Assembly: GCA_026025075.1 (NCBI GenBank)
Contig: JAPEUI010000043.1
Location: forward strand, 62,001-126,000
Length of the DNA stretch: 64,000 bases
Direction of reading: 5' to 3'
Source of the DNA: Vezdaea acicularis
Taxonomy: Eukaryota
The position numbers and the translations under genes were made by a program. The notes below the pieces were generated by a model, which was not told the origin of the DNA, did no database searches, and worked only from the letters and a program-made list of their open reading frames with translations. Within the stretch, counting starts at the first letter, position 1, and every line of letters starts with the position of its first letter. Shown piece after piece: positions 1 to 12,419 of this stretch.

Positions 1-2
1 AT

Positions 3-272
3 CCGGATGACTTTGAGCCGTTCCTAGAAGAACCGCTACCTGGCTACCTGAAGAAAATCAGGGATACTGGCGAATGGGGCGGGCAGCTGGAGCTACTAGC
101 TTTAGCAAGGACATATGCCATCAGCGTCAATGTCTTACAGGCCGATGGGAGGATTGAAACAATCGGATGTGGCTCCACTGTAGAAGAAAATCAAGACAAA
201 TCCATTTGGCTAGCGTACTATAGGCACTACTTTGGCCTTGGAGAACATTATAATTCATTAAGAAGACACTGA
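3..272 (+). CDS. OTU-domain deubiquitinase (Otu2/OTUD6-like), 3' end only
   Basis: Frame from nt 3 reads PDDFEPFLEEPLPGYLKKIRDTGEWGGQLELLALARTY...IWLAYYRHYFGLGEHYNSLRRH*. WGG-x-LEL and GEHYNS are OTU catalytic motifs. TGA at 270-272. Confidence 0.85.
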   Translation, partial: PDDFEPFLEEPLPGYLKKIRDTGEWGGQLELLALARTYAISVNVLQADGRIETIGCGSTVEENQDKSIWLAYYRHYFGLGEHYNSLRRH

Positions 273-353
273 TGAAAGTCATACAATAACGGCATATATT
301 TTGATTCTTCGTTTACCTTGGAAAGAATGTCTCCACACTAGATCGGAACAGAT

Positions 354-1251
354 CTAGCTATCTCTTGTCCACACACTCATCATATCAGTCCCTTCCCCAG
401 CTTTATGTGTCCTCTCTGGTTTCCAACGCTTCACAAGTACGAAGCCATTCTTCGACACCCCAGGTTCAATCTTCTCTTCTTCAAGGTTACCATCGGAGTC
501 ATATGACAACTTCTTTCCAGGATGACTCAAATGCCCCTTATACACTTTTCCCGGAAGACCATGAGGAGGCCCGCCCGTAGCTGGATCTTTGTATGTCGGG
601 AACTCAAGGCAGATAAGGTTCCCCCCTTTTCCTTCCACCAAGAGACTCGACATCCGTTCCGCCCATTCTGGTCGCATAGATGGAGACAATGCACAAAGGA
701 ACTGCTTGAGAATATTAATCTATCTATAGATAGAATAGAATGGCCACTACTCGGCGCTTACGTACCGTATAGTCGAAGATAACCTCGAACTTTGGGCCAC
801 CTTTCACTTCTTTCTCCCAATCCTTACTAAAGAAGTCACCGCTGATGAACGTCACCGTTCCCACTCCGACAGCAGCGTCTTTAACAGGATAGTCCTTCAG
901 GTGCGCCTTAGCAAAGTCTCGAGCGACTTGAACAGCCTTCTCCGATATATCCAGCCCGTAAGCATCGAAGCCATGGCTGGCAAATAGTAAGACGTCATGG
1001 CCTTTTCCACAACCGGGAACAAAGGCCTTTCTTCTACGTTGTGTACCGCTCTCATCGACAAATGCCGAGTCGCCCAAGAGGTCTCTACGGTCGTTTAAAG
1101 CATCACTGAGCGAAGGGCTAGCGATACCGCGATCCCATGGGAGAAAGTCGCCAGCTTCCCAGAGCTTGGACCATTGCTCGCCTATTCTCTCTTGAGGGAC
1201 GTCTTTGAAATGTTCGAGAAGCCTTGCGCGTTCCTCCACTGGCATGGCCAT
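354..1251 (-). CDS. SAM-dependent thiol/halide methyltransferase (TPMT/HOL family), 2 exons
   Basis: Motifs LPWDRG, FVPGCGKGHDV, GLDISEKA, GDFF, FDYT|FLCAL, LEFP and GPPHGL. Intron 765..702 (GTACGT...CAG) joins the two ORFs in frame. Confidence 0.85.
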
Positions 1252-1917
1252 GATTTTTTGATTCTTACAGAGACGATTTTAGCCTCCGTACCCCTCGATT
1301 AAGTACGGCTGCCTCGGCGCGACTTGCCGAACTATAACCGGCTCCAACGACACCGGCCCAGGGAGTCAGGCGCTTACCATGCCTTACACGTCTGCGCATG
1401 ATCTTTAAAGCTATATTAAGCTGATAGGATTAAATGATGATACGTTATTTTAGCAAGAAGCGCCCTGTCCCCTGACAGGCTTAGCTTAATGCTTATCGAA
1501 GACGTCAGTGCGGAATTCTTCCGCAATCGGACAGTCAACGTTTTTCCAGACCTCGGGTCGAACGGCATCTCCAGCGAAACTCGGCACACCAGAAGCAATG
1601 GCGCCTTCTACGTCCTAACATGATCATAGGGCGCTTTGTAGGAATGATGGAGTTACTAGCCATTGGCTGCTATTTGGCCGGGCCTGTCCGTCTTTTCGAT
1701 ATCCCCAAGCCCTGCCTATCTACAATGCTTGCCGGAGTGACTCAACCGTTCTTCATCATGCTCCACCTTCCATGTGTCTCTGGAAGATTAGTCCTTTTCG
1801 CTCCTAATATATGAGATTCGGCTCCTCTCACTAGCTTCTGCAAATTCCAGGGTCTTTTGTTTAAGTGATATAAGGTATTTTCAGTTTGCCTGTTCATTGC
1901 AATGAGCCCTTTCTATC

Positions 1918-3677
1918 ATGAAAATAGCCGCAAAATCTGAGAAAGACTCAAGTCCAGGGTTACATGATGTCCCTATCTCTGGACATGTGCATAAAGAGAC
2001 TGATCTTGAAGTATCTTCAAAGTCGTCCGCGCCATCTATCACATCAATTAACCATGGCGCAATCGACCCTCAACCAAGCCCATTACCACGCATAACGAGG
2101 CAGCTGTCTAAGGTACCTCGATCAAAGCGCCGGGGACTTCTTGCGCGCTTCACTATAGTACCCGAAGTGGAAGAATCTAAAGAACATAAGAGGAGCATAA
2201 AATGGTCTATCACCTTGGTGATTGCCGCTGCGGCCGCTTCTGCTCCTATGGGGAGCGCCATCTTTTATCGTTAGTCAATATGTACTATATATCCTTGATT
2301 GAATGCTAATACAAGATGATAGCCGCCCTACCAGCTATAGCTGTAGACCTTCATACAACACAGACCATCACCAATCTCTCTGTCGCACTGTATATGCTTT
2401 CTATGGCTATATGCCCTCTTTGGTGGTCCTCGTTTTCTGAGACACTAGGTCGCCGCTCAATATATATCGTATCATTTTTGCTCTTCATTCTCTTCAACAT
2501 ACTATCTGCGATTAGCACGTCTATCGGGATGTTGGTTGCCTTTCGGATCCTTGGAGGAGGGGCTGCCGCATCTGTGCAGGCGGTTGGAGCTGGCACAATT
2601 GCAGATATTTGGGAGGTACGAGAACGAGGGACCGCTATGGGGATCTACTACCTTGGGCCCCTTTGCGGACCTCTAATTGCACCCATTGTTGGAGGAATAC
2701 TATCCCAGAAACTTGGATGGAGAAGCACGCAATGGTTTTTGGCTATCTGGGGTGGGGTCATTTGGCTGCTCCTGGTTTTCTGTCTTCCTGAGACCTTGAA
2801 GTCTCTTAAGCCAGCGGCATGCAAAAAGAAAGAGAATCCAGCCAATTCAACTTTAAGTCGTACTTCAACACGTCAAAGTGTTCAAGAAAAATCTAAGAAA
2901 GTGTTTAATCTCTTTCATCGATTTTTCATTGACCCTCTCAAGATTCTAGCCTATTTCAAGTTTCCTGCTGTCCTCTTGACTGTTTACTATGCTAGCATAA
3001 CCTTTGGGTCCCTTTACGTCCTTAATATCTCCATCCAACAGACATTCTCGACCGCGCCTTATGGCTACTCTGAGATCGTCGTTGGCCTTCTGTATCTGCC
3101 GAACTCGCTTGGCTACTTCTTGGCAAGTATATTTGGCGGTCGTTGGATGGATTATATCATGGCTAGGGAAGCTAAAGTAGCAGGGCGGTATGACGAACGA
3201 GGAAGACTGATGCTTATCCCCGAAGATCGTATGAGAGAAAATGCTTGGCTAGGCGCTATCTTATATCCAGCTGCTCTAATATGGTATGGCTGGACTGCAG
3301 AAAAAGGCGTCCATTGGATCGTTCCGGTAAGCTTTCGGTGCAGTTGATTCAGGAGATGCGTTAACGGCTTTCAGATGATCGCGAATTTCATATTTGGTGT
3401 GGGAAGCATGCTTATTTTCACCATGGCTACCACTATGCTTACTGAATTCATGCCAAAGAAGGCCTCCTACGGTGTCGGATGCAATAATTTCATGAGGAAC
3501 ATCTTTTCCTGCGTTGGGGGTGTCGTTGCTCAACCGCTTATCTCAGCAATTGGAAATGGTTGGCTATTCACCGGACTTGGGGTAATCGCATTTGCCAGTA
3601 GCTCAACAATCTGGGCGATGCGTAAATACGGCCCGAGATGGAGGATTCGCATGGATAAAGCCCTAAACAGTGGATGA
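1918..3677 (+). CDS. MFS multidrug:H+ antiporter, DHA1 family (Qdr/Dtr1-like), 3 exons
   Basis: PLWWSSFSETLGRR, GAGTIADIWEVRERG, GPLCGPLIAPIVGG, LGWRSTQW and LPETL motifs; many hydrophobic segments; introns near 2270-2321 and 3327-3374. Confidence 0.9.
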
Positions 3678-3762
3678 TGAAAGTCGCGATTAAGATCCGT
3701 CTCAGTCATTTCCTGAGCATCGTATCGTAGGATGGAGCATGATATACTTGGCGCCATTTCAG

Positions 3763-5136
3763 TTAACGATCGAAGCGACGTCGCTGGCTTGTTGGCTTCT
3801 TGAATGTCGGCGCCGAGGTTGGATCAGTTGATTGCGCATCAGGGATAGAAGTATTGCCTTGCGAGCTAGGCAGTATTGAATTATTGTCGTGATTATCCTG
3901 GTCCGGCTGCGACACGAAGCTTGTGTTTGGCTGTACAACAAAGACATAATGCTCAGGGAGCTGATCGATGGCACTGCACAGCCTGGCGAGAAGCTTTGGG
4001 ACAAAGATGTCGTAGACGTTTCTCGTGAATTTGTAAGCTGTCCATTTATCCTTTCCGTCACGGGCTGTGATGTCGAATTTATGGATTGCATGTCGATAGT
4101 AACTACCATTGTCTCCATCGATCACCGGGTAGTGGCCGTAGATCCTGACGTTCTTGTTGTCGTGTGAGACGGAGAAGGCGAGAATCTCCCGGTGGAGTTC
4201 TCGCTGGCGATCTAGCCGCCTGAACAGCTCGACGATGCCCTTCACGGCGACGCTGGCGCTGTGCATGTTCTGCCGGTCAGCGATGTTGAGGCCCTCTCCG
4301 CCGCACTTGACCTCGCAGGTCAGGAAAGGGAAGTACATATCTTCCTGAGCCATGACAGAGCACTGATCGTAGTACTCGCCAACGAAAGGTCGAAGCTTGT
4401 TGACCTGATTTTTCGAAAATGCAGACATTCCAAAACCAACCGAGAAGTCAGGTTGGGGCCGAGTTTTGATGAGAGGTAGGCATTTCAGCCAAGAACAATT
4501 AACCTTTTCAATTAGGATGTTGAGTTTTTCGACGCTAAAGATGGCTAGATGCCTTGCTGAGGGCACTATCAATCGAATGATGTCCAGAAGAATTCCAGCT
4601 TCGTTCTCATTCCGGAATGATGAACAAGTTCTCTCAAAAACATCATCACGGAAGAGCGAGTCCTTTGGAACAGGCTGTTCAGTATCTAGGAGTTGTGTGC
4701 AAAGTTTTACACAAGCGTCACTAATTCTATGTGGAGGTCTGTCCATATAAGCTCCAGCAGCAGCCAGACGATGTTCGCAACGGGGATCCTTGTAAGGTGC
4801 GCTTTTGACTTCTCGAGGAATATCTGTGACAGTGCCTTGGCTTGATTGCAGGTCGACACTGCGATTGGATGAAGATCTCTTCCTGGTGAGTGATTCACTT
4901 ATTGTGAAATCCGGATGGCTGTAGCTAGGAGGCCAGGTTTCGTTCCTCGCCCAATACTCGACAGGGCTGATGTGAGATGGTATTTTCCCGGTCTGGCAGC
5001 TTGCGGTAGCATCCTGCGCCTTTCTCTGGCTTTCCCTCGGCCTGATGTATCCAAGGTGTTTCGCTTTGGCCCCATCAATTGGCAGACGTTTGCGCTTTCG
5101 ACTAGCTGATAACTGACTCTGTGGAGCAGCCGGTTC
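3763..5136 (-). CDS. Fungal DUF7924-type hypothetical protein (main exon; the 5' exon probably lies upstream, possibly from ATG 5620)
   Basis: The frame of ORF 3763..4746 stays open up to an intron acceptor (GCTGAC...CTAG) at ~5137. It adds SPVEYWARNETWP and REVKSAPYKDPR ahead of PQPDFSVGF, FPFLTCEVKCG, IADRQNMHS, ILAFSVSHD and VRIYGHYP, a motif set I recognise from this widespread family. Confidence 0.7.
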   Translation of the reverse strand, partial: EPAAPQSQLSASRKRKRLPIDGAKAKHLGYIRPRESQRKAQDATASCQTGKIPSHISPVEYWARNETWPPSYSHPDFTISESLTRKRSSSNRSVDLQSSQGTVTDIPREVKSAPYKDPRCEHRLAAAGAYMDRPPHRISDACVKLCTQLLDTEQPVPKDSLFRDDVFERTCSSFRNENEAGILLDIIRLIVPSARHLAIFSVEKLNILIEKVNCSWLKCLPLIKTRPQPDFSVGFGMSAFSKNQVNKLRPFVGEYYDQCSVMAQEDMYFPFLTCEVKCGGEGLNIADRQNMHSASVAVKGIVELFRRLDRQRELHREILAFSVSHDNKNVRIYGHYPVIDGDNGSYYRHAIHKFDITARDGKDKWTAYKFTRNVYDIFVPKLLARLCSAIDQLPEHYVFVVQPNTSFVSQPDQDNHDNNSILPSSQGNTSIPDAQSTDPTSAPTFKKPTSQRRRFDR

Positions 5137-5716
5137 CTAGAGGGCTTTGTCAGCAACCGAACCTTACAGGCCATATTGATGATGTGACATAGGGTCTTGC
5201 AAGTAGGGGATAGAGGACCTCTGTGTTGGCGGTCTGACCATCCATAGCGCCGCTCCAAATTCCCTACACTTGTGTATATACTAGATTGCCGTGTTTCAAG
5301 GAAGTCGTATACTTTTGCGAACAGGCTCGGAGGTGTCAGGCGCCTGACCTGCACGACGTTTTCCTATCCAAAGCAAGCCGCAGATCAAACGCGACCTCAA
5401 TCGCTGACCTACGAGACTCTGAGGGTTGTGATACCAGACAGTTCATCGACCATCTCTCGTAAGTGCCTATATTTGACAAGGCCGGCGATTCCATGGCGGC
5501 TCGGAGATGGAAGGGAGTTGGCTGGACTTCTAAGTGGGTCGTAATTAAGGAAATGCGTATGTATTGGTTTTGCCTAGGAATCTGAAACTGTTTTTGATGA
5601 TGAGTTGAGTGTATACTCATTGTACTAGATAAGGATCATATCGACTCAGTGTTGGACAGAGCATCTTTCAGTCATATGACGCTGAGTCCAAAACGTTTTA
5701 GTTCGTCAGAGAGTCA

Positions 5717-5990
5717 CCTCGGCTAAAAGTTACAACCGCTTCCCACATGCAAATACGCTCCCCCCGACTTCCCCGCAAAATGGGAGGAGCCAATCGCGGA
5801 CGCGAGGAGGATCGAAAACATTCTTTCGTCCCTTCTGTCCGGCGCATCACGTTCACCGAAGGTCCACTTTGGCACCGGCCCAGTCTAATTGACTAGGCCC
5901 AGTCATGGCCGCTCCGCATCCCTTGGCTGCTCACGAGCTCTTGCCAGAGAATGGACCTCCTCGGCACCCGCCCCGGCATCCTCCAGCGGC
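5717..5990 (+). promoter_or_regulatory. Isocitrate lyase promoter with two CCTCGG (FarA/FarB/Ctf1-type) sites and several SYGGRG (CreA-type) sites
   Basis: CCTCGG at 5717-5722 and 5959-5964. CCCCGC, CTCCGC, CCCCGG and CTCCAG (reverse SYGGRG) between ~5770 and 5990. This fits the known fatty-acid induction and glucose repression of fungal ICL genes. Confidence 0.5.
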
Positions 5991-6169
5991 AGTGACATAA
6001 TATGACAGATGGTCGTCTCTCCTTTGAACTTCAACCGGCGCCTTTCCTTCTGGAATCATTTCTTATCTTCAAATATCGTTGTTAAGCCCTTGTGCATACC
6101 ATCCCTGTGCTTAAAACTTCCCACTTAGCTGCACATCGTACTTCAGAACCTCCATTAGATCCTTAGCCG

Positions 6170-7985
6170 ATGATGCATCTGGTGGAGCAAGAAGAACGGG
6201 CTTACCACGCTGATGTGGATGCCGTAAAAAAATGGTGGAGAGATTCGAGATGGCGATATACCAAGCGGCCTTTCACTGCAGAGCAAGTTGTTACGAAGCG
6301 TGGTAACATGAGAATCGAATACCCCAGCAACGTGCAAAGCAAGAAGCTGTGGAATATACTAGAGAGTAGATTCAAGGTATGTTAAGCGATAGAGTGGAGA
6401 GCGTGTGCTGATACTCCACAGCACGGCGATGCAAGCTTTACCTACGGGTGCTTGGATCCGGTCATGGTCACACAAATGGCCAAATATCTTGATACCGTCT
6501 ACGTATCCGGATGGCAATGCTCCTCGACAGCTTCTTCTACTGATGAGCCTTCACCAGATCTTGCGGATTATCCAATGGTATATGGCACCTTCTATTTTTT
6601 AACGTGATGCTGATGGGTGCTTAGAATACGGTGCCAAACAAAGTCCAGCACCTCTTCATGGCGCAACTCTTCCATGATCGAAAGCAGCGTGAGGAGAGGC
6701 TTACCACACCGAAGGTTAACCGGGATAAAATTGCGAATACAGACTTCCTTCGACCTATAATTGCGGATGCAGATACTGGTCACGGCGGACTGACCGCTAT
6801 TATGAAGCTCACAAAACTTTTTATAGAGAAAGGCGCGGCTGGGATTCATATTGAAGATCAGGCTCCTGGGACTAAGAAGTGTGGGCACATGGCAGGAAAG
6901 GTCCTGGTACCAATTAGCGAACATATCAACCGGCTCGTTGCTATTAGAGCCCAGGCAGACATAATGGGTATAGGATCCCCTGACACGAGTCTGGGAGACA
7001 TGTTATTGACGCCAAATTCTAGGGACCGATCTTCTCGCAGTTGCAAGGACAGATTCGGAAGCCGCGACGCTTATCACATCAACCATTGATCCTCGAGATC
7101 ATAAGTTCATTATTGGCGCTACAAATCCCACCCTTCAACCGTTGAGTGATCTTATGGCTGCAGCCGAACAATCGGGAAAGTCAGGCGACGCCCTTCAAGC
7201 CATTGAGGACCAGTGGAATGCGCAAGCAGGCCTTAAGCTCTTTGATGATGCCGTAGTTGATGCAGTTAATGCTGGCGTTCACGTGGACAAGAAAGCTTTG
7301 ATACAGGAGTATCTCCGCGCTACTAGAGGGAAAAGTAATTCTGAATCGCGAGCCGTTGCTAAGGGCATCACAGGAATAGACGTTTTCTTCGACTGGGATT
7401 CTGCTAGAACAAGAGAAGGGTACTATAGATACCAGGGCGGCTGTCAGTGCGCTGTCAACCGAGCAATAGCGTTTGCTCCTTACGCGGACCTTATATGGAT
7501 GGAAAGCAAGCTACCAGATTTCGCTCAGGCGGAAGAATTTGCCAATGGAGTACATAGCGTCTGGCCAGAGCAGAAGTAAGTATCCCCGCCTTGTCCAAAC
7601 CTCCGTAATGTTAACAGCTCCCTATAGACTCGCATATAACCTCTCCCCCTCGTTTAATTGGAAGGCCGCCATGCCGCGTGAAGAGCAGGAAACCTACATT
7701 AAGAGACTTGCTAAGCTCGGGTATTGCTGGCAATTCATTACACTCGCCGGTCTTCACACTGTGGCTCTTATCTCAGATCAATTCTCTAAAGCCTACGGCA
7801 AGCACGGCATGAGGGCGTATGGTGAAATGGTGCAGGAGCCAGAGATGGAGGGCAATGTAGACGTAGTGACACATCAGAAATGGAGTGGCGCAAATTATGT
7901 GGATAATATGCTTAAGATGGTTACCGGAGGAGTGAGCTCAACAAGTGCGATGGGTAAGGGTGTGACAGAGGATCAATTCAAATAA
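6170..7985 (+). CDS. icl1: Isocitrate lyase (glyoxylate cycle), 5 exons
   Basis: [37 protein letters not shown], catalytic [26 protein letters not shown] and GKGVTEDQF. Confidence 0.97.
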
Positions 7986-8393
7986 CATACGGTAACCAGA
8001 AGGCCGACAAGACAGCCGTTCTGCTAGAACTCCGAGACAGTTAGCTCTTCTTCGTAATAAACAGAGACAAAAATCCTATTGAAACAGTTGATTTGCATCC
8101 CTGTGCTGAAAATTGAACCCTCCTTGTTTCGTCACTGGTGAAAATCATTGGTGGAGTCCATCTCGCTTCTCATTGGACAGTCTCACCTCACCTTGAGTAG
8201 TGAGCCATGACCCAGCTCCACTGCAATGAGGTTCGTCGTCTAATGAAGAGCTCCCAAATCATTGATCACTTCGATCTTTGGCTTCCGCTTGATTCCACGT
8301 CTACACGATCCAGCAGCCCACGTGTAGTGGATTAATTGGGCTTCATTGTCCCTCAGAACTTTGCCTCTCCTTCAGCAGCTCCTCGCGTCCTCA

Positions 8394-9467
8394 ATGGAGA
8401 ATTCTCGAGGCCTAGATCTACCAGCCTCGTCCGACTTTCATGTGCATCTGAGAGATGACGAAATCATGAGAGCCGTCGTCCCAACGATTCGATTAGGAGG
8501 CGTCAATATGGTCTATGTTATGCCCAATCTCACGCCTCCAATCACAACTGTCCAACAGGCGATCTCATACCGCGCTCGTCTTCAAGCAATTGAACCGAAG
8601 GTAACGTTTCTTATGTCATTATACCTACATTCAGAGACATCGCCAAAAAGCATCAAAGACGCGAAAGCAGCCGGGATCACAGGTGTCAAGTCGTATCCGG
8701 CCGGAGTCACAACAAACTCTGATTCGGGAGTGGTCAATTATGAGGACTTTTACCCGGTCTTTGCGGAGATGGAGAAAGAAGGTCTAATCTTGAATCTCCA
8801 CGGAGAATGCCCATCTTCGGGAGAGGTCAGCATGATGAATGCGGAGCAGTCTTTTCTTCCAACGCTCATGGAATTACACCATCGGTTTCCTAACCTAAGG
8901 ATAGTCCTCGAGCATTGCACGACTGCAGAAGCTATCGAACACGTTAAGGCATGCGGCCCTACCGTTGCCGGAACCATAACTCCTCATCACCTTTTCCTTA
9001 CCATCGAAGACGTTCTAACTGATCCCTTTTGCTTTTGCAAGCCTGTTGCAAAATTCAAAAAGGACCGCACCGCTCTACTAAAAGCAGTAGTCTCTAATGA
9101 TCCTAAATTCTTCTTAGGCTCAGACAGCGCTCCGCATCCCGCTATAGCCAAAAGAGGCGGACCTGACGGCAAAAGTAAGACCGCTGCTGGCGTTTTCACT
9201 CAGCCCTACGTTACACAGTTAGTCTTCGACGCCCTGGATGAGGCCGTTGGACGAGGAGAGATAAGGAGAGAATCTGTCACCGCTGAAATACTTTCATCAT
9301 TCCTTGGTGAATTCGGTAGACAGTTCTATCAAGTTGAAGGTGGGGACGAGCGGGTCAGCGTTCGTCGGGAGAGCGAAATGATATGTGACCACATTAGCAG
9401 CGGTGCTATGGAAGTAGTCCCATTTCGTAGGGGCCTTAAAACTTGGACCGTTGATTGGATTAAGTAA
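8394..9467 (+). CDS. URA4: Dihydroorotase (homodimeric type)
   Basis: DFHVHLRD, YVMPNL, KSYPAGVTTNS, LNLHGE, LEHCTT, FCKPVAK and FFLGSDSAPH. First ATG at 8394. Confidence 0.95.
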   Translation: MENSRGLDLPASSDFHVHLRDDEIMRAVVPTIRLGGVNMVYVMPNLTPPITTVQQAISYRARLQAIEPKVTFLMSLYLHSETSPKSIKDAKAAGITGVKSYPAGVTTNSDSGVVNYEDFYPVFAEMEKEGLILNLHGECPSSGEVSMMNAEQSFLPTLMELHHRFPNLRIVLEHCTTAEAIEHVKACGPTVAGTITPHHLFLTIEDVLTDPFCFCKPVAKFKKDRTALLKAVVSNDPKFFLGSDSAPHPAIAKRGGPDGKSKTAAGVFTQPYVTQLVFDALDEAVGRGEIRRESVTAEILSSFLGEFGRQFYQVEGGDERVSVRRESEMICDHISSGAMEVVPFRRGLKTWTVDWIK

Positions 9468-10352
9468 TGGGCTGTTTTAAGTCAATAAACGCTTCTTAGA
9501 ATATTTAAAAGACACTTCTTACATCTCCTTATACAATTAAAGGGCTTGCCCCTTTAATATTTCAATCTGTTCCTTAAGTTCTCGTCTGAGTCTTAAGGCT
9601 TTACTTTGTACCGGTCTATCGCAAACGCCGATACTTGGATAGTTCTTAAGCCCTTTAGTATTGGCCAGAGATTTTACATGCAGTGGTGTGATTAGGATGG
9701 GAGTGTTTCAAAAGAGAAGGTTGCATGTCGTGCGGCATTCATGATGACGAGTTACCACAGTGAAACTAGAGACTCTTCTCAAACCTCTGGGTCAGAAGAC
9801 CGTACATGCTATGATAGTCTTCTCATTAATGCACATATCCGTCCTGCATAGCTCGGTTTGAAAATTTTTGGTGTTGGACTACAAGAACCACGTGTTAGGG
9901 TGTCAAACTTAAGGTCGCAACACGCTACGACTTAAAGACACGCAAAGCCCAACACACAAAAGAGAGCTCTGAACTTCCGCCTTTTTCTTGGTGCATGTTA
10001 CATCTCTTGTTCCCAGTTGCCATTGTTCCTCAACCAATATATATATATATTGGATCTCTGGTCCCTTGCCCTTGCTGACAAGCATTGCGTCTACTCCAAG
10101 CCACTCCAGCTTGATTTCATAGCTGGTATGTTTCAGTTTTACACTGGCTTGCAACTTCCTTCAAATAGCTGACTTACTCTTTATTTTCTCCTGCACACAA
10201 CTTAATCCTCCTTGCTTACAAAGCTAGGATCACTTCCCTTATTCAAGCCAAGGTAATTTCGTGATCAAGTGTAAGGCATTTCACTAGCCATTTCTCTACG
10301 GTGTATTCGATACGATTCTAAAGAAGGGCAACTAGCCTTTCGTAGCTCGACT

Positions 10353-11622
10353 ATGACGTCCGACTCAGCCAGTAGCGCTCCTAAAAGTACACCATCAACT
10401 CGCCGTCGCCGGTTGGCTCCTAGGTCTCTACAGAATACTGCAAAAACTCACACGACCGCGATGAGTACGGAATCTAGTGTGATGTTCAGAATCAGCAGAC
10501 CAGATGGGTCCGAGATTCCTTTGATTCCAGTAGATGAACTACCTGCTGGTATCAGAGTGCTTGCGAAGCTGAACACGAGTCGGCCCGCTTCTTCTTCGAT
10601 TGTTGGGACTAGGGGAAAGGACACCAGCAATTTTGATATACACTTCAACGTATCGGATATGTCCGAGGAAAAGGCAGTTGCTTTATTCGAAAGCTTATTA
10701 GACCGCTTCGGCGAAGAGCAAGTTAAATCAATGGTCAAAGCTCATTTTCCTTCGTCCCCTGCAGATATCAAATCAGATTTCTCAAGCTTTACGGTGAGTT
10801 TAGCTTGTCCCAACAACTTGTAGTCTGCTAATCAGATAGTCTTCCTATCCATCACAAGATTTCAAATGGCTTTCACAAGCAGTTGAGGGCCCCAAAACCC
10901 ACTGCACTCACTGGCTCCATTCAGGACAGTGCGAGTTTGTGCAGTCAGGATGCAAGTACAAGCATGAGATGCCTGACACAGAGGAAGGGCGTGCTAATGT
11001 TGGTCTACGGGGGATCCCGGAGTGGTTCTTGAATAGTCAGCACGATAAATTCGGGAGGCCTTTGGAAGCGTTGGATCGGTCGGAGGAGAGGAAAGGCCAG
11101 GCAAAGGGTTCGAAGAGCTGGCTTAAAGACCGTGAGGCCCGAATGTCTGTGGGGGACATACAGTCGAGGATTAGTGCTTTGCTGCCCAACCCTCCTCGAA
11201 CATTCACAACCGATCTCACCCCTAAGGAAAGTACTTTACCAAGAGGTGCTCCACCAACCACCGCCCTCTCAAAAAGACCTCCCGTCGTTGGCCCTCGCTT
11301 GAAAGCCAGCAAAGCCCGAAGAGAATCTTCAAGACTCCGAAGCACCACGAAAGGAAGTTCACTCATGGCAGACTATTTGAAAGGAAAGGGGAAAGAAGGA
11401 GGAATGGGGGAGCACTGCAGAAAAGGGCCATTTATGGATTACATTTGCGTCACTCCGCCCCAACTAGACGCGGACATAAGTAGGTTGAGCCAAGGCCCTG
11501 ATGAGCCATTCGTCATGCCCCCAAGGCCAGAAGGGCGTGGTGCTAAGCCATACCATACCTTGAAGATACCCAAGCCGCTGGCTCAAGAGACTGAGGCAAC
11601 TGTGAAACCTGGCATTGAGTAG
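10353..11622 (+). CDS. CCCH (C-x8-C-x5-C-x3-H) zinc-finger protein, fungal-specific, 2 exons
   Basis: N-terminal RPDGSEIPLIPVDELP. After intron ~10794-10839 comes KTHCTHWLHSGQCEFVQSGCKYKHEMP...GLRGIPEWF. Confidence 0.75.
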
Positions 11623-12419
11623 TTAGATAAAGATTACCAAGCATGCGCCTAGGGGTATTTATTACATAAAGGAGAATGAAAGGGCGGATTCATATGAAAT
11701 AGAGGAAATTCCAGTCATTAACATAACTACCTGACTCACCCTGTATTCCACGTGTGATTTCCTAAGTAGACACCAGAGACTGGTTCATCTTCTTCATATA
11801 GTCCATCGTGTACTTTACGCTCAAGTTTTAGGCCTTTCTAGCCGAGTCAGCACATGATACGGAACCGTTTTCAAATTTCCATTGGCATGCCTTGGACTTG
11901 GTTAGGTTTGGCCGAACTTTTTGGTTGAGCTTCACCTAAGATCTGGCTAGATTTTGGCTGGGCTTTAGAGGCAAGACATTGGCTACGGAGAATGACTCTC
12001 AACCCTGTCATACTGAGAAGCGTCATACGATAACAACAGGCTCCCCTTCTATACATGATGCCTACTCCACAACGCAGATCGTCGCGCTGTCTAGAAGATT
12101 ACTTGTTGGAGACTAAGCGCAGAATACAGTACGTACAGCTTCAGCCAGACCTGTTTTCTCTACTATTTACGACAGCGATGAAATACCCAGAATCGCAAGG
12201 CCTACCCAAGCCGCTCTCACCGACAAGAGATAGAACGCCGCTATTGATATACCCGCCCACGCCTAATCCAAGCCCACACACCACAAAGAAAATCCAAGAT
12301 GAAAAAACATACGTGAATAGAATATTACTTGCAGTCCTGCTGGCATCCTTAAATCCTGAACAACGTCGGTCGAGATGACCCGAAATATGATATCAAAATA
12401 GATTGCTGCCCTCAACGCA

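Noticed and set aside
5597..5685. ATGATGA...CTGA spaced like a C/D snoRNA
   Set aside because: No convincing rRNA-antisense element of 10 nt or more and only a weak terminal stem. It also overlaps the probable 5' end of the DUF7924-type gene.
9741..9765. ATGATGA followed by AGTTACCACAG, resembling a 25S rRNA segment
   Set aside because: The match is in rRNA sense orientation, not guide orientation, and has no properly placed D box.
10263..10273. GATCAAGTGTA, an 11-nt match to the U2 conserved core
   Set aside because: No flanking U2 sequence, stems or Sm site; chance match.
12055..12378. 107-aa plus-strand ORF
   Set aside because: Lies antisense in the MAF1 3' region with no recognisable motif.
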